DNA from: a virus
IMG/VR virus record: IMGVR_UViG_3300018080_000123
Coordinates: 1-64,000 of that record
Reading direction: 5' to 3' (one strand)
DNA length: 64,000 bases
How positions within the stretch are numbered: the stretch's first letter is position 1; each line of letters opens with the position of its first letter. The notes beneath the pieces are model-generated. The model had not been told where the DNA came from. It did no database searches and saw only the letters and a list, made by a program, of their open reading frames with translations. This document shows positions 1 to 10,155 of this stretch, in pieces. The translations under genes were made by a program, and so were the position numbers.

Positions 1-2
1 CC

Positions 3-3000
3 CGTAGCTATAGCATAATTATTTGTAGCTCCTGTTATACCTCCGACATATAAGCCATATTTATTAATACCAGTATCTGCGCTACAAGAATCAACTCTCA
101 TAGCCGCATAATATGTAACTTCCACATCACCGACATCGGTAAACAGTGCCGCTTTGACCCTAACTCCCGCGTAACCGTTTGAATTTGTGTATGTATATGT
201 ATATCCGCTTCCAACATCAAACCTCATATCAACATGGACGCCATTGAATCCGTAAGCAGAAGTATCTGTCACATTAGCATTAACTTCTCGTTCAAAAAGA
301 AATCCACCAGCAGCAATTGATGAGCCTGAAACTGCTATATCTGACGATTCGTTAAGACCAACAGATAAGAGATGTTTTCCGCTAGCCGCACTTGAATCGC
401 TATATGTTTTTTGCGCACCAAGCATAAAATTGCCAAATCCAGACGGTACCCCTGTTGGGCTAGGTCCAACTAAAACCTTACCTTCAAAATAGTTGGTGGA
501 ATCACCTTCAACGTAAAGCTGATAATTATTAGTAGCCCCGCTCATACTCCCAATACGGAGGCCGTATTTATTTATACCAGTTACCACGGAATCAGAATGA
601 ATATAGATACCATGCATATTGGAAACAGCTAACGATCCGCCACCAGAAAGCGACACTTGAGGCACTCTAATTGCTGCCATTCCCGTTGAAGCAAGCAGCG
701 TGTATGTTTTCGTTGAAGCAACATCATAAATGCGAGAAAGATACATGTTTTGAATAGCGCCCAAACCACCAGCTGGCGCGTCAGTAACATCATCAGTAAT
801 TGTACGTTTAAATCTAGAATAAATAGAACAATTGCTTCCAGAAGTTAGAGCATTATTTGTGTTCAGTTCTAGATTTATAGTAGCGCCAATCTGAATTCCC
901 GAGGCGGTTCCACTATATGTTTTATGAACGGATAGCTTTTCTCCATCGCTAATAACTCCATTCAAATCCCCAACACGGACTGCTCCACCAAAATAGTTAT
1001 CGTTTCCTGCGTAAGATTGATAGATACCATAGTTATTTGTAGCTCCCCAGATCTGATCAATATACATTGCATATTTGTTTGTACCGGTATCGAGATGAGT
1101 GTTACTACTAATAACGAGATAAGCAAAATGATCAAAATCTACAGTCCCCGGCGTGCTATTATCATTAACGGGGGCCTGGATATTAATGGTACAGGGCATT
1201 GTCCCTGCAGTAGAGTTATTATTTGTAAGAGTAACCCCAGTTGGGACATTATATCTACTACGAAGTGCTAATACCCTGTCTCTTCCGGTATCTGTTTGAT
1301 TTGAAGTTATTGTTCTATAGTGTTCAAGACCTAATGTATCATGCGTACTTGAAACTGTTCCATTAATAGTACTATACCCGCGAATCATGGCAGCCGCGAA
1401 AGAACCGCCACCTGAATATGTTTCTGTAACGTAAAGTATTTCATTGCTTCCATAGGCACTGGTTGATCCAATTCTTACCGGACCTCCAATATAACTTGGA
1501 ATGGTTGTGCTGGAACTATAAATTTGCCAGTTATTGGTAGCTCCGCTTTGAGTTCCAACATAAATACCATATTTATTTGTTCCAGTATCCAACGAGGAGT
1601 CTTGAATACGAATTCCAGAAAAATCATTTATATCGAGAATTCCGCTACCATCATTTATCGGGCCATAAACAAATAGACCATTCCAACCATAAGCCCCAGT
1701 ACAGGAATAAGTTTGAGCAGACGCAATATTGAATCTACAGGCTGCAGCATTTGCCGCCCAATATCCGCCAGTATCGGTTACGCTGGCTGTTATATTTCTG
1801 CGAATTCGAGAATATATACCAGTATTTGAGTTTGCAGTATAGGCATTATCTGAATCAAAATAAGCCTGAATAGCAATAGCCCCGCTATTTACTCCTGTGG
1901 CAGAATCTCCAAAATTTCGAGAAGCGCTAATTATATTATTAACAAGAATCGTTGGGGTATTTATACCAACATAAAATGAACCAGCATGATAACTTGGATT
2001 AGTATTTGAAAGATAAATGCTATAGTCCCCTGTCGGATAGGTGTCAGAGACTAAAACATTATATGTTGAACCAGACCATACGTTCGGCAACCTAATAGCA
2101 GTCTTTCTATTTCCAGTCGCCACTGTACAATTCGGGAAGTAGATTCCATTGTAATTGTCGATTGACAATGTTCCAGGAGATGCTGTAGTCCCGCTCACAA
2201 CCAACTTCGAAAACACCGAACTTGAATACGTTTTTCCTGATGAAACGTAAAATATGTCCTCAAGGACCATAACACCAGCGTGACTAAAACCACCACTTTG
2301 AGTATCTGTAACATCGTCTGCTACTATGCGATCTTTTCTTATGTAAGCCGCAAAAGCAGAACCAGAGGTAAGATTATCGTCTGTTTGGAGTTTTGTATAT
2401 ACAGCTAGCCCTAGATTAGTATCGCCAGGAGTTCCGTTATAATCTCGCCTAACTCCAAGCTTTTCTGAACCAGAAAGAACCTGAGAGGAGATTCCAACTC
2501 GCAAAGTACCTTCTATGTAACTGTTTTTTATAGTTTCTAGATAAATCCCGTAATCTCCAACAAACGAAGGACTATCTGCAATAAAGGCGTTATTTGTACC
2601 GCCAGTTTGCATTACACCGCCATAGGAAATCTTATTAGTTATTGAACTACCGGCGCCCTTCGATCTATCAGCAGCCCAAAACTGTGCTAAGTAGGGCGTT
2701 GTAAAAGCGGCAGCCTCAGTTGTTATGTTTGAAAGAACACCAACCACTCTAACTGTGGCATTTGATGTAGCTTCCATCTCAGTCGCGATGCCGCCCTGAC
2801 TTGTTCCACCAAGAGGGTTTGCAGAACCTGTTCTTAGAATATAATTTGCCGATGCAGCACCGCCAACCCCCATTCTTGCTGCGAATTCTGAAGGATTGGT
2901 TGTCGAAAGATTAATCCCGTAATCGCCAGTGAATGCTATATTGTCTGCTAAGAAAGCATTATTAACGCCTGAAGTTTGCGGAACGCCAGCATAAGCAATC

Positions 3001-6000
3001 TGTCGCGTAATAGTTGATGCCGCGCCCTTACCTGGATTATAGGCATAAAACCTAGCAAATACCGGGCAAGTAAACGCTACATTATTCGTAGTAGAGTTGA
3101 CAGCGACCCCGTAAAAACTTGCTATAGCAGAAGAATTAGCAATCGTATCTACCCGGATTCCCCGTTGGTTTGTTTCTGTTGTTGAGGTATTTGTTACAAG
3201 TAATACTGCATTAATATTTGGGCTACCATCGCCAATCGCACAGCGCTTAGACCTATCAAAAGTCATAACAGGTGTGCTTAAGCTTACAGAGCCAATACAA
3301 AATTTAAGTTGATCCGAATCTTGAAAATCTTGTCCGATAATCCAACTATTACTCGGTCTACTAAATCTTATAGCAGAATAAGCAGCGCTTGATCCAGCCC
3401 CGCTAATTGATACAACTGCTTTACTATCTGCTGTATTAGAATTATTTACAACATTAAGAAAAACTGTTCCAGCATCTTCAGTTCGAGATACTGTAAAATC
3501 TCCGGCCGTATTAAAATAGCCAGAAAGTTGGGTCGTCTGTTTGAACTCAATATAATCTGGTTTAGATCCATGGGTAGGTCCATACATCCAGATATTTCCA
3601 CCGCTAGCAGATCCCGTTCCAGATGCTATTTTCAAAATACCATCGCTTGATTCACAATAAATAATCGAATCGCCAGTAGAAGACATCCCCAAACGCATCC
3701 AACGCTGGGTGGCTGATCCGCTAAAAATAGCAACTTCATATCCGCCGCCTGCAATACCTAAATAATCAGCACCGGCTCTATAAAGCCCAGTATCTGGATC
3801 AGAAGCAAATGTTATAGACGGGGCCGCAGCCGAACCATTAGGGAACTGCATAGGGCCAGCTAAATAACTTGGATTAGTTGTAGCAAGATAGATACCCCAG
3901 TCTCCTGTAAACGAAAGACTGTCTGTTAAGAGGGCATTATTAACGCCCTGAGTAGGCATCACTCCATAAAAAGCCACATCTCTTGTTATTGTGCTAGCCG
4001 CTCCTTTAGTCTTATTATAACTAGCAAATCCAACTCTAGAAGAACAAGTAAAAGAAGCATCTGCTGTTCCATGCGTGGCTACAAATCCAATAGAAGAAGT
4101 TGTGGCAGCAGAAGTAGCATTGTGTTCGACTCTCACACCTTCTTGGATAACTCCTGAAAGCGGATTGGCTTGACCAATACGAAGAATATTCGATGAGCCG
4201 TAAGTTCCGCCTAACCCAACTGTACCTGCGACTCGAAGCCAATTAGATGTCCCGCCAATATCAATGCTTCCAGCAAAATAACTCGGAGCTGTTCCTTCAG
4301 AATAAATTTGATAATTATTGGCAGCCCCCGATTGAGCTCCAATCCTTAGCCCTGTTTTTGTAGTCCCAGTATTTAATGAACTAGACTCAATACAAATTAA
4401 TGCATAATTAGTAACCGCTAGTGTTCCAGTTCCAACTAGACTTGGAGTCCCGGCATTAATTGACGAACTCCACGAAGATGAATTATTTGTATATGTTACT
4501 CCAACTGGGACTGTATAAGCTATTCCAGCACTGTGAAGCGTTCGATGATTCCCGGTATCCGCAATATCAGTTGTTATGGTTCGATATAGATTAAAACGCC
4601 CTCCACTGCGACTCCCTGCTAAAACTTCATCTGTTCCCCAAAGAGCTCTTGCCTCTAAAGCAGCGTAGTAATGCCCTGCGTCTCCAGATGGCATTACTTT
4701 ATAAACTAAAAGAGCAGCATTATCTTCGTAAAGCGGAACTGTAGTTCCAATTCTTACTGAATCTGCAAAATAACTAGGACTTGTTCCCGAACTATAAAGT
4801 TGCCAATTATTTGTAGCTCCGGTTTGAGCACCAATATAGATACCGTACTTATTTGTACCTGTATCTACCGAATCGTCATTAATGGCAATTTTTCTGTAAT
4901 CAGTATAATCAATTGCCCCGCCCCCAGCGATATTCATAGCCTCAACCCAAATATCACTCAAAATGCCAGAAGCATTTGTTACAGTTTGGCCTGCAGCGAC
5001 CGAAAACGTTTTACCAACATCAATACCGCGAATTGTATTCGTATCGGTGACTGAAGTCGTGATGGTTCTTCCACCCTTAACTTCCAATCCGACTTGACCG
5101 CTGCCAATATTAGAATCTGCAGTTTGTTCAGTTTTAATATCGACGCCATAAGCATGGCCATTCCCACTCCACAAACCGTAAACTTTCAACGGCCACCCAT
5201 CGGTAGCCGCGTCCGGAACAATTCCGATTCCCATTCCATATGGGACATAAACATGGTAATCATTTTGAAGCTTTAAAGCAGTTCCAGCCGATCCTGCATT
5301 ATAAGTCTGAAGTAGCATATGAGAGCTATTATCGGCTCCATCGCGAACAACTTGAATGGCCCCAACATTAACCTCTGCGCCAGGAATGTCGGCATCTTCA
5401 AATGTAAAGTTGATTGATCCGCCAAATCCATCGGCCATATTACCGGAGCATCTCGCTCTAGCTTCAAGAACGCGATAAACTCCAGTCGTCGCCGAACCAA
5501 CCATTTCCGCAAGAAGAGCCATATCGGTTCCACCTTCAACGTGAAGACGCGCGCTGTCGGCCGCTGCAGAGGTATTCCCAATTTTTACATTCTTATTGGC
5601 ATCAATAAGCTTTAGATAGGTTGTATTACCAACATTAACTTCAACCTCGCTCGGCTGCGATCCGTGAGCATCTCCGTATAAACGAAACTGTCCGCCTGCA
5701 GCTGATCCAGTATCTCCCGTAATAACTAATCTTCCGGTACTGATTCCGTGAAAAATAGATACGCTAGATGCGGCTGGCATCCCCGATCCAACCTGAATTG
5801 AATTTCCAATCACCAATGCAGTGCTATCTAGACGCGGAACAGTTAAAGTTCCTTCATCGTCTAAGCGCATCAATTGGGTCCCATCTGGAGAATTCAATGT
5901 AGTCGAATTGGTTTTCCAAATGAAATCTGCAACGGTAGAATTGTTTCCATAATCAGAAATAAAATATACCGAAGCTGTTCCTTCACTAGCAATAGCAAAC

Positions 6001-7160
6001 TGCTCATCATACGCCCTAATATGAGCAGTCATTGTATTATCAGTAATCTGAAGATCAGATCCTTCGTCGCTACTAACAACCTTTAACGGGGCATCTCCGG
6101 CCGACGTTATTACCATTCCCAATGCGGTTAAAATTGCAATATTGGGGTCTTTTATTAATTTTCCAGTAACTCCATCAAATACTGGAATTGAATTGTCTAC
6201 TGAAACTGCCGGGCCTTGCACGTCTCCTGCCGCTGAAGTATCAATTGAAACCCACGCTCCATTCAAATATAATAGAAGAGCATGATCTCCTGTATTATCA
6301 TAGTAGAGATCTCCATTAGTAGGAACCCCCGGAGCTGCTCCCTGAGGAGTTAACGAAAGATATGTTCCGACAGTTACATTTCCTGTAGTGAGGACTTGAT
6401 CTCCAAATCTTACCTTCCCTGTATTAGTATAAATCGCGTAATTATTTGTTCCGCCTGCAATTGTTCCAACATAAAGCCCATATTTATTGGTAACGCCTAC
6501 GACCGAATTTGCTTTAATATAAGCCGCGGCGGCATGAGAGATAGCTAAACTACCAGAGCCGGCATTTTCAATTCCATTAAGAACTAAATCGACCACACCC
6601 ATAGTCCCGTCACTATGAGTATAAGTAACCACTCCTCCATCTGGATCTAAAACGGATTTTAACTCTAAAGCTGTTAAAATTCCGGCAGTGTCTTCAGTGC
6701 TGGTAGATACTTTACGTCTAATTTCAGAGTAAATTGTAGATTGATTTACTGTATTGGCTGAATCTGAATCAAGCAATAGTTTGGCGCCAATAGTTGTATC
6801 TACTGATCCAGCTGTTGCTTCGTTGTAAGCAGTTAGTTTTTCGCTATTTCCTTTTACTGTGGTAGTCAAGCCAATTCGTAAAGCATTTCCTCCTGAATTG
6901 GTCGGAGCGACGCCAATACCAATATTTCCCGATTCAAGATTAACTACAAGAATATTATCAACTTTAGTGGAATCATCGTCTTTAACGGAATACAATTTAT
7001 AGTTTCCGCCAGATACGACTTCGCGAATCGTTTTTTTATCAAGCGCGCCACTTAGATCTTTTATTGTGCGCAAAGGATCTGCGACACTAGTCTGAGTAAT
7101 ATTCCGTTGGACCAGTAAGTCTCTTTCTACGGTCTGATCGCCTTTAAGCTTTCTAGGCAT
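3..7160 (-). CDS. Giant mosaic tail fibre / receptor-binding protein, at least 2386 aa, 3' end outside the window
   Basis: ATG at 7160 with GGAG upstream. Translates MPRKLKGDQTVERDLLVQRNITQ... Segments translated by hand are in the same frame down to the edge (...DTGINKYGLYVGGITGATNNYAIAT), and the ORF track lists no terminated ORF in this frame. Carries fibre motifs GDVQGPAVSVDNSIPVFDGVTGKLIKD and GSAAAPSITFASDPDTGLYRAG. Lies downstream of the baseplate genes. Confidence 0.88.
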   Translation of the reverse strand, partial: MPRKLKGDQTVERDLLVQRNITQTSVADPLRTIKDLSGALDKKTIREVVSGGNYKLYSVKDDDSTKVDNILVVNLESGNIGIGVAPTNSGGNALRIGLTTTVKGNSEKLTAYNEATAGSVDTTIGAKLLLDSDSANTVNQSTIYSEIRRKVSTSTEDTAGILTALELKSVLDPDGGVVTYTHSDGTMGVVDLVLNGIENAGSGSLAISHAAAAYIKANSVVGVTNKYGLYVGTIAGGTNNYAIYTNTGKVRFGDQVLTTGNVTVGTYLSLTPQGAAPGVPTNGDLYYDNTGDHALLLYLNGAWVSIDTSAAGDVQGPAVSVDNSIPVFDGVTGKLIKDPNIAILTALGMVITSAGDAPLKVVSSDEGSDLQITDNTMTAHIRAYDEQFAIASEGTASVYFISDYGNNSTVADFIWKTNSTTLNSPDGTQLMRLDDEGTLTVPRLDSTALVIGNSIQVGSGMPAASSVSIFHGISTGRLVITGDTGSAAGGQFRLYGDAHGSQPSEVEVNVGNTTYLKLIDANKNVKIGNTSAAADSARLHVEGGTDMALLAEMVGSATTGVYRVLEARARCSGNMADGFGGSINFTFEDADIPGAEVNVGAIQVVRDGADNSSHMLLQTYNAGSAGTALKLQNDYHVYVPYGMGIGIVPDAATDGWPLKVYGLWSGNGHAYGVDIKTEQTADSNIGSGQVGLEVKGGRTITTSVTDTNTIRGIDVGKTFSVAAGQTVTNASGILSDIWVEAMNIAGGGAIDYTDYRKIAINDDSVDTGTNKYGIYIGAQTGATNNWQLYSSGTSPSYFADSVRIGTTVPLYEDNAALLVYKVMPSGDAGHYYAALEARALWGTDEVLAGSRSGGRFNLYRTITTDIADTGNHRTLHSAGIAYTVPVGVTYTNNSSSWSSSINAGTPSLVGTGTLAVTNYALICIESSSLNTGTTKTGLRIGAQSGAANNYQIYSEGTAPSYFAGSIDIGGTSNWLRVAGTVGLGGTYGSSNILRIGQANPLSGVIQEGVRVEHNATSAATTSSIGFVATHGTADASFTCSSRVGFASYNKTKGAASTITRDVAFYGVMPTQGVNNALLTDSLSFTGDWGIYLATTNPSYLAGPMQFPNGSAAAPSITFASDPDTGLYRAGADYLGIAGGGYEVAIFSGSATQRWMRLGMSSTGDSIIYCESSDGILKIASGTGSASGGNIWMYGPTHGSKPDYIEFKQTTQLSGYFNTAGDFTVSRTEDAGTVFLNVVNNSNTADSKAVVSISGAGSSAAYSAIRFSRPSNSWIIGQDFQDSDQLKFCIGSVSLSTPVMTFDRSKRCAIGDGSPNINAVLLVTNTSTTETNQRGIRVDTIANSSAIASFYGVAVNSTTNNVAFTCPVFARFYAYNPGKGAASTITRQIAYAGVPQTSGVNNAFLADNIAFTGDYGINLSTTNPSEFAARMGVGGAASANYILRTGSANPLGGTSQGGIATEMEATSNATVRVVGVLSNITTEAAAFTTPYLAQFWAADRSKGAGSSITNKISYGGVMQTGGTNNAFIADSPSFVGDYGIYLETIKNSYIEGTLRVGISSQVLSGSEKLGVRRDYNGTPGDTNLGLAVYTKLQTDDNLTSGSAFAAYIRKDRIVADDVTDTQSGGFSHAGVMVLEDIFYVSSGKTYSSSVFSKLVVSGTTASPGTLSIDNYNGIYFPNCTVATGNRKTAIRLPNVWSGSTYNVLVSDTYPTGDYSIYLSNTNPSYHAGSFYVGINTPTILVNNIISASRNFGDSATGVNSGAIAIQAYFDSDNAYTANSNTGIYSRIRRNITASVTDTGGYWAANAAACRFNIASAQTYSCTGAYGWNGLFVYGPINDGSGILDINDFSGIRIQDSSLDTGTNKYGIYVGTQSGATNNWQIYSSSTTIPSYIGGPVRIGSTSAYGSNEILYVTETYSGGGSFAAAMIRGYSTINGTVSSTHDTLGLEHYRTITSNQTDTGRDRVLALRSRYNVPTGVTLTNNNSTAGTMPCTINIQAPVNDNSTPGTVDFDHFAYLVISSNTHLDTGTNKYAMYIDQIWGATNNYGIYQSYAGNDNYFGGAVRVGDLNGVISDGEKLSVHKTYSGTASGIQIGATINLELNTNNALTSGSNCSIYSRFKRTITDDVTDAPAGGLGAIQNMYLSRIYDVASTKTYTLLASTGMAAIRVPQVSLSGGGSLAVSNMHGIYIHSDSVVTGINKYGLRIGSMSGATNNYQLYVEGDSTNYFEGKVLVGPSPTGVPSGFGNFMLGAQKTYSDSSAASGKHLLSVGLNESSDIAVSGSSIAAGGFLFEREVNANVTDTSAYGFNGVHVDMRFDVGSGYTYTYTNSNGYAGVRVKAALFTDVGDVEVTYYAAMRVDSCSADTGINKYGLYVGGITGATNNYAIAT

Positions 7161-7186
7161 TCTAGGCTCCTAATATATACAAATCG

Positions 7187-7480
7187 TTACTTTACTTCTT
7201 CTAATGATTTTAGTATTGCAGCAGGCTGATCAAAGGTTCCATCGCTATTCTCAAGATATTTAATTGTAAGCTCAATCTTATATTTTTTATCAAGATCAAG
7301 TTTAGAAAGATCAACAAGCTCTTTTTTTACAACAAAATGTCTGATATCATCAATGGTTTGCTCGTCATTGTTCTTATAGGGGCTATTCCACTCAAGAACT
7401 TCAATATCGGTTTTATCCCTATTAACACGAATGACCGCTCTTTGATCAAAACTATACGTTTCTAGTGTATCTTTTTTCAT
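7187..7480 (-). CDS. Small hypothetical protein, possible fibre chaperone
   Basis: 97 aa ORF with AAGGAG RBS directly upstream of the giant fibre gene. Confidence 0.5.
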   Translation of the reverse strand: MKKDTLETYSFDQRAVIRVNRDKTDIEVLEWNSPYKNNDEQTIDDIRHFVVKKELVDLSKLDLDKKYKIELTIKYLENSDGTFDQPAAILKSLEEVK

Positions 7481-7516
7481 TTTATTTCTCCTTTTGTTTT
7501 ATTTTACTAATAGAGC

Positions 7517-7543
7517 GTTGGGCTAGCGTTAAGCTAGCCCAAC
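7517..7543 (-). terminator. Strong stem-loop (terminator-like or processing hairpin)
   Basis: Perfect 11-bp inverted repeat GTTGGGCTAGC-N5-GCTAGCCCAAC just after the stop of 7559..8194; no clear U-tract. Confidence 0.55.
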
Positions 7544-7558
7544 ACCTACTATTATCAA

Positions 7559-8194
7559 TTACACAAGGACAATTTTGCCCGCAAATCGAAGATCAGGATC
7601 CTCGGTAGTGCGAAAAGCAGCATCGCCCGAAGCATTAATGCTAAGCTGATCAACGTCAACAATCAGATCATTACCGCCCGACGTCTCAAAAATCTGAACA
7701 ATCGGATCGGCTCCACGACTATGAGACGCATTAGTCACTGTAATGGTATAGTAACCACCAGCGGCTGCGCCCCAACTCGCACCAGCATCAAACGTTGATG
7801 TATAGCGCGTAGCAACGAGAGATAGATCATCTTCAAGGAAGTTCACATACCACTCCCCAGCAGCATCTGAATTATCAACACATGTAAAAGAATAAGCTTT
7901 TCCAACCGCAACGGTTTTCAATGCACCAGCTTGATCATCTTTAACATTGAGACTATCAGTTGAGCCAAAGTTCTGAATAATGACCATCCAGCCTTCACTG
8001 AGCGTAGTCGCATCAGGAAGGGTAACAGTTTGCTCTCCGAGGTCGTCAGTTGTAAGCCTTTGCCACTTGTGCGAATGAAGGTCCAAAATTCGCTCTGCAT
8101 CTAGTGCGGCAGGCTGAATAAGGCCTTCATTAACTCTGCGATCAGCATCAAGAGTTCTTTTAACCCTAAGATCGCCTTTTACTTCTTTCGCCAT
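7559..8194 (-). CDS. Short tail fibre-associated protein
   Basis: TVTLPDATTL fibre motif; C-terminal ~75 aa beta domain ending DLRFAGKIVLV; N-terminus resembles that of the giant fibre. Confidence 0.65.
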   Translation of the reverse strand: MAKEVKGDLRVKRTLDADRRVNEGLIQPAALDAERILDLHSHKWQRLTTDDLGEQTVTLPDATTLSEGWMVIIQNFGSTDSLNVKDDQAGALKTVAVGKAYSFTCVDNSDAAGEWYVNFLEDDLSLVATRYTSTFDAGASWGAAAGGYYTITVTNASHSRGADPIVQIFETSGGNDLIVDVDQLSINASGDAAFRTTEDPDLRFAGKIVLV

Positions 8195-8269
8195 TTACAC
8201 ATCTCCCTTTCATTAATGAACAGTTAGACTAACTTATATTGAACGTTACAATATAAGCACTTATTTATT

Positions 8270-8989
8270 TTATTGTACGCGTAAAATATTTGCATGTCCC
8301 GCAAACCTTAAATCGGGGACAGACGGTACAATAATTCGAAGGTTATTATTATCATACTTTAATTTTGTAATAATAACCTGCTGTCCAGTATCGTCATATA
8401 CCTCACAAACGATGTTACTGGAACCAGCGTTGTGAGGAAAATTTACATAATAAGTAGCTCCATCAAGAACCCATGAAGTAGTCGAATTAAAATTAAATAC
8501 TTGTCCGGGAACATTAGGATCGTCAGCTTGTACAACAACAATCAAACCAGAAAACCGCGTATCGGGGACCGCAGTTACTTCAATCCGAATAGTGTTCCCA
8601 TCAATAACAGTTTTAGCGTCTACATTAACTTCCTCATTAAAATTATCATAAACTGTACAAAACACTTGAGTGGAGCCCAAATTGTGTTGAAAATCTATAT
8701 AATAAATATCCCCACTTAGCGTCCAATTAGTAGTCCCATTAAAACTAGAAGAATATCCATCAGGAGTTGCAAGAGCTCCGCCCTGAAGAACTCCATTGAC
8801 AGCTGTAACTAAGCCATTTAAATTATCAACTTTTAACTCTTGCTGAACTTCAACTTGCCCAGTGGCATTGTGAACTCGAATAAGCTCAACCCCGCCAGCC
8901 GTAATAATAGTATCTCCTGAAGGATACTCTTGATAAATTAAAGTTTTCTTAAGTTTAGATGATTGTTTATCGCCTAACTTTAGAGCCAT
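8270..8989 (-). CDS. Fibre-associated protein with two tandem beta domains
   Basis: Internal duplication FNGTTNW...HNLGS...DTRFSG and FNSTTSW...HNAGS...DLRFAG. Confidence 0.65.
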   Translation of the reverse strand: MALKLGDKQSSKLKKTLIYQEYPSGDTIITAGGVELIRVHNATGQVEVQQELKVDNLNGLVTAVNGVLQGGALATPDGYSSSFNGTTNWTLSGDIYYIDFQHNLGSTQVFCTVYDNFNEEVNVDAKTVIDGNTIRIEVTAVPDTRFSGLIVVVQADDPNVPGQVFNFNSTTSWVLDGATYYVNFPHNAGSSNIVCEVYDDTGQQVIITKLKYDNNNLRIIVPSVPDLRFAGHANILRVQ

Positions 8990-8993
8990 TTTT

Positions 8994-10091
8994 TTATCCT
9001 ATGAGTCGATCGATTATAATAATATCGCTTCCATCTCGCTTCACAACAATATATCGATTATCCTGATCGACATATGAACTGCTTGCAACAGTTTGAAAAA
9101 CGATATTTGTTGTTTGAGTCGGGTCAATATCGATAAATGCAATCTCTCCGGCCCCAATTGATAGCGGACTCCCTGCTGCTAAAATTGTATTAACAAAAGC
9201 AACCCCTGTAATGTCAATAGTGAAATCAGAGGTCCATGTCATATCAGATCCATCCCAAGCGATAGTTCCGCCTCCACGTAAAAACAACTCTCTTCCCAAT
9301 TGGCTAATCGAAGTAGGAGTGGGATCAGTCCACGAAACGCCGACCGCACTTCCAAACTTGATTACTTTCAATTCAGTCATGACAGCATCGGCCCAATCCT
9401 TGAACGACTGAATTTGCTTGTCTCCTTTAAGAATTTCACTGCCATCGGGCGCTAAATCGCTGTTAGGTTCTCCTCTACTCGTCCAAGGAAACTCATAATC
9501 TTCATCGTAAGGTTCTCCGGGAACAAGTCTAAAAAACAAATTTCTACTATCAATGGCTGAAGTAATGCTTCCGGCGGCTACGGCGACCTTATAGAGGGGA
9601 ACTTTTGTCCCGCCACTAAATCCTGTCGTATTAACAGTAATCGTAGCAACAATATTTTCAACCGTATCGATAATCTGAGTATAGTCCGCTCCCTCTCCGG
9701 CATTTGCATTTGGATCTCTGAATGTCCTCGTTGCTGGGACTGCGGGCTCTCTTGAGATATCTAATTCAATGTAATTTGTTTGCCCATCGGTTAAAGTAAT
9801 TTCTTCAGCTGCAACTAAAGACGACCCAACATAAAAACTAGGGCCAGAAGAATCTGTATGAAGAATGGTAGACTCTTCCATTTTTATATAAACAGGAGAA
9901 GCAGTTGGAGTCCTTTGTGTTAATGCCGCATCATCAAAAATTTCAAACCCATTAATTATAGCGGTAGAGCTAGTAAAAATCCTTCGAAACATTTGATTGA
10001 AATCATCACAAACAAACGTCTCTATATTATCATAATCTGTCTTGTCTAATCGTTCTTGAGGTCTTATTCTTGTTTTTTGCAGAACGGCCAT
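8994..10091 (-). CDS. Baseplate peripheral / fibre-attachment protein
   Basis: 365 aa, follows the wedge genes; C-terminal domain shared with 31046..31900. Confidence 0.55.
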   Translation of the reverse strand: MAVLQKTRIRPQERLDKTDYDNIETFVCDDFNQMFRRIFTSSTAIINGFEIFDDAALTQRTPTASPVYIKMEESTILHTDSSGPSFYVGSSLVAAEEITLTDGQTNYIELDISREPAVPATRTFRDPNANAGEGADYTQIIDTVENIVATITVNTTGFSGGTKVPLYKVAVAAGSITSAIDSRNLFFRLVPGEPYDEDYEFPWTSRGEPNSDLAPDGSEILKGDKQIQSFKDWADAVMTELKVIKFGSAVGVSWTDPTPTSISQLGRELFLRGGGTIAWDGSDMTWTSDFTIDITGVAFVNTILAAGSPLSIGAGEIAFIDIDPTQTTNIVFQTVASSSYVDQDNRYIVVKRDGSDIIIIDRLIG

Positions 10092-10155
10092 TTTTCCTCC
10101 AACTACATCAATACATTATAATATTATATTATATTTGTGTGGTCGTTTTAAATTA

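Noticed and set aside
1017-6086. Short ORFs listed by the track in this region
   Set aside because: They lie inside the giant fibre ORF in other frames or on the opposite strand
1-7160. CRISPR array or DGR template/variable repeats
   Set aside because: The repeats are degenerate and conserved at protein level; no identical DNA repeats, adenine-specific variation, reverse transcriptase or cas genes were seen
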